DNA of 64,000 bases from Octopus sinensis (Eukaryota), in NCBI RefSeq assembly GCF_006345805.1, contig NC_043000.1, positions 127,720,001 to 127,784,000 on the forward strand, read 5' to 3'. Under the pieces are notes generated by a model, which did not search any database, was not told where the DNA came from, and saw only the letters and a list, made by a program, of their open reading frames with translations. The translations under genes and the position numbers were made by a program. This document shows, in pieces, positions 53,753 to 64,000 of this stretch (position 1 is the first letter of the stretch; each line of letters opens with the position of its first letter).

Positions 53753-55343
53753 AGTCTTACTTGAAAACAGTGGTATCAATTAATTAATAGTCGAAGATGT
53801 TCATTTGGTACCAACATCGTTTTTGCCGTTTTCAATGATGTTGGAACCTAAAAGAAAAGGAAGTGAAGTGATCACCTCAGCCTGGATTTGTCTTCAACCC
53901 TAGGACTCATAAGATCGAAGTTTAAACCCCAGTTTCCATGGCCTATAAGTGACCGAGGTTACAACACTCTCCACTGAACGAGATGCTGGCTTAATTTCCC
54001 TACCATTGCTGGAACTCGTTTCTGATGAGTGGACTGGTGCAGTGGTGTTTTGCTCAAGAACAAACACATTGCCTGGTCCAGGAATCGAAATCGCAATCTT
54101 ACGATCGTGAGTGTAACACCCTAACCATTATACCACGCACCTTGACAATGATGTGGTTAAGTATGGTGAAAGGGAATCAAGATCGAGTCACAAAGTCGGC
54201 TCACTTAAAGCATTTTAGTACGAGGAGAAGAATACTATACTAAGGGGTATTTCGGGTTTCTAAAAAAGAAGGAAAGAAAAATACTTCATCATCACATATA
54301 GAGATGTGGACAATGTCATGCTACATGTGGTGTTACTGGTGTTATGGGCTGTGATGAGCTGTGTAGTGTTGGTGGAGTGGATTACAGATGAGATAGACGG
54401 AAGTTAAGATTGCAGGGGCCTGTGGCACAGTCATGGGGCATGCGTGGGCAGGAAACACGTGTGGTCAGTTCGAGTAGACAACGAGCAAATTTCTTGAGAG
54501 TGATCGCTCATTCCGCCGAGGTCAACAGGTAAGGTTTTTGTATTTCTTTCTCCCGTTTGCTTCTTTTTCTATTGTCCTTTTCCTCCATCACACTACACTA
54601 CACGTATACATATGAATACATCCATTGGAACACAACACCGCTAACAGCCATAGTCACTGGAAGCCCCAGAAATTAACGAAACACGCATCAATTTTTCGGT
54701 GTCGCTGCTGCTTTCTGCAGTTAAGCATTTGTCGCTTATTTACTGTTTGGTAAATCAAGACCTTGAGGCAAACTATCTTGGCTGTGGACACGACACACAA
54801 TACTGTTGTGAGAATACGAAACGGTGATTCTTCTGTTAATCGGCCATTATTTCTACCACCTCAGCAATCTACAACTTTCACTTCGCAATTACCGTGCATG
54901 GAATCTTAGGCAAGTGTCATTTTCTATAGCCCCGAGTCAACCCAAATCTTGTGACGTCGGGAGTATCTCCGGCCTTCATTATTGGTTTCACAATTTGCAG
55001 TTCATTGATTTAATTACAACCGCAAATAAAGCCAAACTGAGTCTCAGTTGGATAAGCATCTTCGTTTTTGTCTGTTCCACTGCGCTCATCTGTTATTTGA
55101 ATAAGAATTAATTCATTGTGAAAGATAAATAAATATTGATTTTTCTTGACTATATACGAAATTTGTAAGAAGGAATTAAATTATGTAGCGTAGCCTTAAT
55201 TTCATTGACAGTTCATTTAACTGGCTTGCGACTCTCTGCATCGGAGCGAGTCACCTCGTCAATGGCTTCCGAGCAACATTTATCTATTCAGTCATTCATT
55301 CGGGACTTTACGAGAGGGGAAGCCAAGATTTTACAGCAGACGA

Positions 55344-55384
<41 letters not shown>

Positions 55385-56467
55385 GTAACTAGACGCACAT
55401 AAACCAAACAACACGCTACGTCTTCATTAATTTAAACGGGGCCTTTATTTATTCAGAGTGGTCTACAACTCATTAAATGAGCGTGTGTCGGCGTGTCACT
55501 GTGTATGTAAGCGTGTGTATGTATTTGTGTATGAGTCTACATGCGTGCCTACATGTATTTAGGGATGTATATGTGTGTTTGTGTTCAGGTGACGCCGTTT
55601 GCTGTTACTTATCTGGCAACTAGAAACAGTTGTTTTCAAGCAGATAGGCTTCGTTCATTACGACTAAACCTATGATTGCGCTTATTGTTTTTATCGATGC
55701 AAAGTATAAGGGGAATTCAAAACTACAGCATGCTAGATGTAAAGGAAAGGAGGTTTTAATAGACTGGTTTTATAATTGGGAAAGCTCTTCGGTGCTTTCT
55801 GAAACATCGATTCTCTAAATGCTACTGCGCTGCTATTTATTGAACTGGAAACACTGTTTACTAAATGTAATAACGCTAGAGAATTGTTGGATGAACATGC
55901 AAGAAAACATTTGCATAATAGAAATGTTTGAGTGTTTGCGCTTTCTTTGTCAACAAAGAATATCCAAACAGAGCTGATGAAGAATCACGTAGAATGATTG
56001 AAAGAGAAAGATGATTCTGGTCTTCTGGAGTGATTCAACAAAGCTGAACCACGATGTATAAAATGAGTTCTGTTCTGTAATGGCTGAATTTATTATGGGA
56101 GATGTACGCTGAGAATTAAGCAATTTTCCCCCACTTATTACAACAAATATGCTAATGCATCCAAAAACAGAAAAAGGTTTTGCTTTCGTCTGTTCTTTGG
56201 ATCAACAAACGCTTTCAAAGTTGTTATTGCTTACCAGATTTTAAGTCTTCAGCAATATTTTCAGTTATCATATATGCATTCAGAAATTTGCAACAACATT
56301 TTTGCATGTAAAAGGCGTGCTTTGAAGCAGCGAGCAACATGCTTAACATATGTGGATTGGCCAAGAGTTTGGGAAAGCTTCAACCGAAATCTTTAGCAAC
56401 ACATTGTCAAGCAGATTCTTTAAGTCTAGTTATGAAGGAATCTACAATACAATGTAAGGTACTACCT

Positions 56468-56797
56468 GAGAGAAAGAAAGAAAGAAAAAAAGAAAGAAAG
56501 AAAGAAAGAAGAAAGAAAGAAAGAAAGAAAGGAAGGAAGGAAGGAAGAAAGGAAGGAAGGAAGGAAGGAAGGAAGGAAGGAAGAAGGAAGGAAGGAAGGA
56601 AGGAAGGAAGAAGGAAGGAAGGAAGAAGGAAGGAAGGAAGGAAGGAAGGAAGGAAGGAAGAAAGGAAGAAGGAAGGAAGGAGGAAGGAAGGAAGGAAGGA
56701 AGGAAGGAAGGAAGGAAGGAAGGAAGGAAGGAAGGAAGGGAGGAAGGAAGAGAGAAAGGAAGGAAGAGAGAAAGGAAGAAAGAGAGAAAGAAAGAAA

Positions 56798-56850
<53 letters not shown>

Positions 56851-56873
56851 GAGGAAGAAAGAAAGAAAGAAAA
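56468..56873 (+). repeat. (GAAA)n/(GGAA)n compound microsatellite
   Basis: Direct reading. Confidence 0.95.
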
Positions 56874-57307
56874 CGGTAGGATCTGAAAGCAAACCTATGT
56901 ACGATGATATCTTATACAATCAAGTGGACAGTACCCGCTATTTGCTTTTCATGAATTTTTGGTAATTATTCAGTCTTGTGCAAAAGTACTGTTATAATCG
57001 GATGATCATGCTCGGAATCTTGTTATCGAATGTAGAGCTCAAAACGTTTGATTTCTTCTTTGGGCTAAATCTAGGCTAGGACTTGAACACGCGTACAGAC
57101 AGACATTCAAAACCACTGCAAGTATCTAAAATGCTGTCAGCGGATGGACAAAAAATGGCTGAAATTACTAAACTAGTTTTCAAAGACCTGAGGAATGGAG
57201 ATTCATTTGTATTTTAGGTAGAGACACACCATATCGCCACCGAACTTGTAGTACTATGGAAGTGAAATCATTTTTGAAAAATTAAAATAGGAATTAGAGA
57301 AATTACA

Positions 57308-57468
57308 CAGTGGCGTAGCTAGAGTGTGTGCCGTCCACGGCAACCCATGACTGTGCCGCCCCTGCCCCTTATACAGGTTTATACTGCAAATCCACAGGTG
57401 CCACCCCCTAAAAATGTCGCCCAAGGCAGGCAGCCTCTCCTCGCTCTTCCCTTCTAGCTATACAACTG
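57308..57468. mobile_element. hAT-like MITE nested in the hAT fossil
   Basis: Imperfect TIRs cagtggcgtagctag / ctagctatacaactg; no TSD seen. Confidence 0.5.
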
Positions 57469-57598
57469 AAGGTGCTTTTCCATCGCGAGTACGGTACAAT
57501 TATATTCATGAATATTTTGAGACCACTGATACAATAGTGGTCCACTGATACACTGAAACCACTGATACACTGAGTCTACTGAGACCACTGATACAATT

Positions 57599-57910
57599 AG
57601 TGGAGGCGCAATGGCCCAGTGGTTAGGGCAGCAGACTCGCGGTCGGAGGATCGTGGTTTCGATTCCCAGACCGGGCGTTGTGTGTCTTTACTGAACGAAA
57701 AAAAGCTAAAAGACCCACGAGGCTCTGGCAGGCAATGGTGGCGACCCCTGTTGTACTCTTTCGCCACAACTTTCTCTCACTCTCTCTTCCTGTTTCTTGA
57801 GTAGCACTGTGATGGACTGGCGTCCCGTCCAGCTAGGGGGAACACATACGCCACAGAAACCGGGAAACCGGCCCATGAACCTGGCTAGGCTTGAAAAGGG
57901 CGACGAAAGA
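57599..57910 (+). mobile_element. SINE family C with TSD
   Basis: tRNA-like head GGTTTCGATTCC; TSD actgatacaat at 57587-57597 and 57911-57921. Confidence 0.85.
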
Positions 57911-58499
57911 ACTGATACAATAATCTCTTCTTTTCCCCAACGCTTTGATCAAGCATTTACAAGGTACGTTCATAGCTTCAAACAACTGCTTCTAAAGGTG
58001 ATCGATAAAGAGAACAGAACGCATCAGAAAATTACGCCGATTACGTTGACTCAATTCCTTGAAAGCTCAACTTCCAGCATTTGAAGTTTCTGTGAAAGAC
58101 ACCTCTGTTTGTTAGCTGAGTTACTGACCATCTGAGTAACAAAACAACCGATGGCAAGCACTTAATTTCAGAGATTTGTACAATGCACCAACTGTTACTG
58201 GTAATTCCTGCAACATCTGCTACGGTTGAGTGAACATTTTTTCTATCAACATAACTTCGGCCAAGGATGACACAAGAGCGAATACATTTTCGAGCTATAA
58301 TTATGCATCACAAAAAAAAACGGACCGATAGTATAAATCAGATTGCGTTAGCTGCAGAATTCGACAGATTTTGAATGATTTGAAGGTAAATTAAGTTAAA
58401 TAGATTGAGTTGAACGATAAAGCTTTTATAATTATAACTGCTTTTCTGTCTCAGAATGTCATACATACACTGCAAATTTTAATCAACTTCTTCCAAATC

Positions 58500-60750
58500 T
58501 CACAACCTCTAAATCAAGGATGAGGAAACTTTTTAGTGCAGCAGGCAAAAATTTCCCGAGAAAAAGGTCCACATGCGGATCACAAGTTCTGACTCTGTGT
58601 AAATCTTGTATATATCTATGTGTAATTCGATATACATTAATAAAGGTAAGTTTAACCATTAAATTAACACGTAACATCTTCATTAACGCCGCCAATGAAT
58701 TTAGGACGTTTATATTACTTATGAGGTATTCTGTATTTTTCAAAATATATCTATCCTAATGTTGAAGAAATCATAACAGTCAAGCACAGACCGAATTTAA
58801 TTTTGAAAAATTACATTAATACCTAAATAATATATGTAAACGACATATTTAAACAAATCTACCCTAGTGATAATTTTATCAAAGCTAATTAACCTTAACT
58901 TTAAAATTTGGTTTTGTTTAATGAGAAGGATGAAACTATTATTTTGTTTTGTTTTTTTCTTCTCCTTTTGAAAGTTTAGGAATATCACGCCTTTGAAGAA
59001 ACAGCTATTCTTAGTTCATTACTCAGGTTTTTGTTTGTAAGTCTGGTACGAAGACGATGTTTTGCATAATTCAATTTGGTAAAAAACTGCCCATATTGAT
59101 AAATTGTCGAAAATTGAGATATGAATTTCAAGGCGTTTTATGTAAAGCAGGAAATTTCTCAGGATTGATGGCTCTGTAGAAGTCAAATAAAGACAGATTA
59201 TTACATTTCGATTTTAATAAGTTATCCGGCTGCAAATCAATTAATTCTAATTGCAAAGAATCCGGATCCTCTTCAGGACACATCAAAAGGTGTTTCAAAA
59301 ACACGTAATTTGATTTTATCTTGTATTTTTTAAAATTTACTTTCAAATTTCTTTAAAAGACTTTCACACACGTCAAAATATTCCTTTGTTGATTCAGGAT
59401 TTCGGAAAATGTGTGAAGCACTTTCTTTTCAATTGTGTGACAAATAAATGAAGCATCGATTCAAAGCTTTTCATATGAGAAAGCAAACTGACTGGAACCT
59501 GGTAGTTTCAAGTTCAAATCATTTAAATGACTAGTTATATCTACTATAAATGTTAAATCACCTTGAAACTTTTTATCTTCCAGTTCTATAATAGGAACAC
59601 CTTTAATATCCATAAAAATGTTCCACTTCTTCCTTCAGTTCATAAAATCGCTTAAGCATTTGGGCCTTACCTAATCACATAACTTCACAATGGTACAATA
59701 AATCCCCATAATTGGTTTCAAGATCTTTCAAAAATTCTTTAAATTCCCTACTATTCAACCCTTTGCTTTTTATCAAATTAACGGCCTTAGTTACAATTAT
59801 CATTACATTGCCCATTTTGAGAGATTTTGCACATAAACTTTCCATACGAATAAAGCAGTGACACACAATTAAAGTTTCCGGATCCAAAAGACGCTTCTTA
59901 AATTCATTCTTAATCAGAGCTGCGAAACCTTTTTCACGACCTACCACTGGCGCAAGATGGAGCAAGACCATTCATTTATTCATATAGTAAATCAAAATCT
60001 TTCACGGCTGAGTTGACCATTTGAAATAAATCTCCTCTAGCAGGAAATTTTCCCGAATGTTGAATGTTGCAGTTATTCCATGTATAAATACTGCCATCTG
60101 AGCAGTATTAGACAGGTCAGTTGTCTCATCTATAGCTAATGAATACAATACGAATTCTGCTGAATCAGATTTTTGAGAATTTTGAATGTCATCAGCAATA
60201 TCTTTAATATGATCAGAAACAGTTCTTCTTGATAAGCTAAATTTTCCAAACAAATTAATTTTTTTCTGGGCATATATTCTCAACATCAGTAAGGATACAT
60301 TCTGTCACGAATTCATCATCGCTACGCCGCTTGAGATTTTTAGCAATATTTTTGCATATCGCATAATTAGCTCGAGTAACTGAGCCACTTTCAAGAATCG
60401 GCCTTCAAAAAAAAGTTTGCCTTTTGATCAGATTTACTTTCAAGGAGGCTAGCTTGTCTAAACGTTCAGATTCTTTCAAATTTTCATAGGTCTTATGCTT
60501 ACTCACAATTATATTTTCTATGAACGGCTACTTGTTCGTAGCAGATAAGACAAATGCACTTGTTATCTATTTCAATTAAAAAATATAGCTCAGTCCATTT
60601 TTCATCGAACAAAGCACGTTCACCGGCACTTCTTTTCATAGGGTTTTTATAACCACTTGCCATATTGATAAGTGTATTGGCAAATTGATTTAACAACGTT
60701 AACAAAGTCGTAACAGGATTAAAGGTCTGTAACACTGGAGGGGTGCAACT
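58500..60750 (-). pseudogene. Decayed hAT (SPIN/GTF2IRD2-like) transposase
   Basis: FDEKWTELYFLIEIDNKCICLIC (N-terminal Zn finger), LSRRTV...SLAIDETTDLSNTAQMAVFI, HCFIRMESLCAK...VNLIKSKGLN.REFKEFL..LETNYGDLLYHCEV, C-terminal QLELIDLQ. Confidence 0.88.
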
Positions 60751-61048
60751 CTCATCCCTTACATTAAATTATTAATCGAAAGAAAAGCCAAGACTCCCAA
60801 TAACTTCAACAGTATAAATATTTTTATTTCTGGATTCGCAATATATAGATCTTCTTCAGGGCGAATCGGCAGCTTAGGATCTCGTCGCGGTAGTCAAGTG
60901 GAGTGAGCCAAATCCTGTCCGTTCAAGCATAGTGTAGCAACGCCACGATGTAGCAGTTTGAGAGAGCTGTTAAAACACGATCGTCCTGTTCGACTGTCAG
61001 CCTTCGAGAGAGGTCGATACGCGGGAAATTTTGCTGCTGCTAGTTTTC

Positions 61049-61136
61049 TGCGCATGCGCATGAGAGAACTTCCGGTAGGCCTCCCGGAAGAATCCAAACT
61101 CTGCTCATGAGTGCCGAAGATTTCCAAAATGGCGTC
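61049..61136 (+). promoter_or_regulatory. Housekeeping-type core promoter motif cluster (NRF1, 2x ETS, YY1/ATG)
   Basis: TGCGCATGCGCA 61049-61060, ACTTCCGG 61068-61075, CCGGAAG 61084-61090, CAAAATGGCGTC 61125-61136 in a CpG-rich patch. Confidence 0.55.
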
Positions 61137-61575
61137 ACTACAAAGTTATAAACCGGTTAAATTTATATTATCCCTTTCGGAATTTTTGTTATTACCGCTG
61201 CCTAGGAAAAACAAAAGCCAACTGGCTCGTAGTCGTAATGCATGCGTTCAGTTTTGTAAAAATAGTAAAAAAAAAAATCTGCAAAAAATAAAAATATTGT
61301 TTGGTTCTGCAAGGTTTAACTTGATTTTTCTCATTCCCTCCTCCACACAGGTGTTGACAAGTGGATAAGGAAAGGCGATAACTGATAAGCCGATGGCAGA
61401 TGAAAATAACTCCTGTTGACTTTCTTGACTCCAACTGACAGCAAAAATGTGACAACCCTTTCGAAAAACGTTATTTTTCACTGCCTTTTTAGAAAAGCAC
61501 CAAATTAGTATTTTCTGTTTCGATGAAGCTTTACCAATTTGTTTTTTATCTTTAATAGATTTTAAAATATTTTTT

Positions 61576-61999
61576 GGATCTTTTCGGTTTGAACGGCAGT
61601 TTTTTCTAGCAGTGTCATATGAAATTGTCACCCATAATTATGACCCTTGTATAGATCTATTGCATTTCAATCTGTTTTAGGGTTAGGGTTAGAGTTAGGG
61701 TTAGGGGGGGGGTATCTTTTTTTCTTCAGAAATGTAAATAAACCCAATCTGTTTCTTAAACGAGGGACATATTCATACGGCACAGAATGTTTTCACCTCA
61801 ATAGACGTCATTGATTGGTTGAAATTGCAGAAATTGAAGAAAAAAAAAACAACAAATATCTTACAAACTATAGAATTTTCTCAATAAAACCAAGAGAAAA
61901 AGATGTTTTATAAACACATTCTACCAGTATACGAAGTTTAAAAGTGTTTAGTTACGTGGAAATTATTTTAAAAAACTGCCGGTCAAACCGAAAATATCC
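61576..61999. mobile_element. MITE containing (TTAGGG)n
   Basis: TIRs ggatcttttcggtttgaacggcagttttt / aaaaactgccggtcaaaccgaaaatatcc; ttagggttagggttagagttagggttaggg at about 61677-61710. Confidence 0.65.
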
Positions 62000-62631
62000 G
62001 AAAATTTAAATACTTGGGGTTCTTGGATACGAATAACTTTTACACAGTACCTCTACAACCCTTCAGCTTTCGTTTCATATAAAAATTATTTCGATACATG
62101 CAATATATATTTTAGTTTTCTCAGCTAAAGTGTAGTTGGGTCTCAAGGAGGTGGTACAAACCTAACAATCTGTGTTTTATAGTGAAGACAAAATGTCCAT
62201 CCAAATGGCAATTACCGGACAATTTCTGTTCGAGTCTGACCGTTTTAAGTCGTAGTGGAAACCCGACCTATATCGCAAATAGGCATACGAGCATTGTATA
62301 AATTTCATAATTGAAAAATTTACTTTATTTTGTACGTACAAGAATATCATCCTCCGGGCGCAAATAAAACCTGTTGCTCTCACAGAGAAATAATGTATAT
62401 TTTTTCATGTTAGTGCTTACGGTCGATACCATATATTAACATTAATATAAATTTAAACATGCAAATTTAGAAGCTTGGACACTCGAAAATGATTTGACAA
62501 ATTTCATTGCATGCTAACACTAATTCTTATTGGCATCTACCCTTACCGGAAGAAAAAAAACCCCAACTCCACCGTGTCTGCATACGCGTTTATGTATCGT
62601 TGAACGTGTGAGCTATACATATATAAAACAT

Positions 62632-62866
62632 AAGGCGGTGAACTGACAGAAACGTTAGCACGCCGGGCGAAATGCTTAGCGGTATTTCGTCTGCGGTTAC
62701 GTTCTGAGTTCATATTCCGTCGAGGTCGACTTTGCCTTTCATCCTTTTGGGGTCGATAAATTAAGTACCAGTTACGCACTGGGGTCAATGTAATCGACTT
62801 AATCCGTGTGTCTGTCCTTGTTTGTCCCCTCTATGTTTAGCCCCTATGTGGGCAATAAAGAAATAT
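62632..62866 (+). mobile_element. SINE family A, full length, tail 1, 18-bp TSD
   Basis: TSD atacatatataaaacata at 62615-62632 and 62867-62884. Confidence 0.9.
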
Positions 62867-64000
62867 ATACATATATAAAACATATGTAAGAGATCGTTCA
62901 TTATTACGCTATCTCACAAACTTCGAGCAATTTAATCGTAACATAACCCGTTATACATATTCTTCAAATGTTTTACTTTTTTCTTTCTTTCCCCATCTTA
63001 CTATTCTTTACCTGTCATTGCGTTCGTTGTTGATCTCCTCCCCGCTTAATACCGCCCCCAACTTCTCACTTGTGTGTATGTTGTTTTTTTTCACTCTTCA
63101 ACTTAAATCAAGTGTCTTCTAACAACACACTTCTCATTTCTTCAAAGATACTTTCTACCCTAAAGCGTCAGAATATCACCTCGCTTCACAGCACACCAAA
63201 TTTATCTTCTTACTTTACGAAAGTTGTAAAAATCACTGCTATGAATAGCTACCTTGTCCGACAAGATAAGACCAGTCTGGCAATTCTCAACTAGCTTGTA
63301 TATAGATCACAACATCAATTACCATGATAAGTTGTAAACTGTTTTCATTCCGGATACAACAGACATTTTTCAGTTCAGATAATTATACGTTACGGAAGAA
63401 GTCTGAACTACCGATGCCAAGAAGTTGGATTGTAATTTCAATAAATAAAACAAATGTAGCTTCAACTAAATTGCAGCTTTAATAAACACAACAATTTATT
63501 TAAAGCGGAATCTTCTAATTTCGTTCTACCTCGTACATACACTAGAATTACCCATTTTTGTGTTTGGAAGAAATTACTAAAAATGATAAGCTATTGGAAT
63601 GACATCTACATTTACGAGCCAATGAGGAAGTAGCCTCTGCGTAACCGCTCAAGGAATTGAAAATAACAGTCAAATTGTTTTGATACATTTTATCGTCTTA
63701 AAAAAGGAAGGACACATTAAACAAAATACTTTATTTGATATCATATAAAAAGCACACTTTTATTACCCCGGAAAATGTTTCAAAAATCCCCACCAGGTCC
63801 TATATGTGAAGTTGGGCATCCCATAAGCTTTAACACTTTTTTTTACCTGAATATTCTCTCCTGAAATTGGGGTGAGTCTAATATGCCCATGTGTCTTTTA
63901 TGCCATCAAATGTAGTATATGATCCTCGATGCACTATATCAGAAAAAAAAAGACTGGATGATCATGACTCTGTAGTTTTGGTTATTGATCTGATCAATCA

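Larger units (their letters stand above)
55600..58380 (+). pseudogene. Decayed hAT transposase (TTF-type Zn finger, ZMYM1/PRKRIR-like), interrupted by inserts
   Basis: HYD*TYDCAYCFY, NW.KAL..F.KH, ECLRFLCQQ, CFEAASNM...KSLATHCQADSLSLVMKE, FDFFFGL, IISSFPQRFDQ and LLVIPATSATVE...MTQER (hAT dimerisation) across many stops and frameshifts. Confidence 0.75.

Noticed and set aside
56339-56965. 208-aa KEGR-rich ORF
   Set aside because: A hAT fragment read through a (GGAA)n tract, not a gene.
57599-57680. tRNA-like heads as functional tRNA genes
   Set aside because: They run into SINE bodies with TSDs and lack a proper acceptor stem.

Overview
Repeat-dense, AT-rich eukaryotic DNA with no intact protein-coding gene that I can support. 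The tRNA-derived SINE families and dense (TA)n/(CA)n/(TATG)n/(TCTA)n/(AAT)n tracts look like an octopod cephalopod (Octopus); this is inferred from recognition, with no database search. Recognisable content: a 5'-truncated Tx1/L1-clade LINE inside a (TCTA)n tract plus a second Tx1 fragment; two R4/Dong-like RLE-retrotransposon 3' ends in (AAT)n; an RTE fragment; two decayed hAT transposases; Helentron/HINE-like and mariner/hAT MITEs; over 25 SINE copies, several with clear TSDs; a 5S rRNA pseudogene; and two CpG-rich NRF1/ETS/YY1 motif clusters. Most ORF-track entries are microsatellite artefacts. The most interesting signal is a set of short non-coding elements anchored in (TA)n with an asymmetric fold-back layout. 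Three unrelated ones carry a minimal type-I hammerhead ribozyme between the inverted arms: a near-canonical one at 48121-48168, a U3-A8 covariant one at 41015-41056 and a degenerate one at 44813-44857. Two further dispersed families carry hammerhead-like motifs. Together these resemble miniature Penelope-type or retrozyme-like elements. The tail of one SINE family also matches the 3' end of the Tx1-like LINE.
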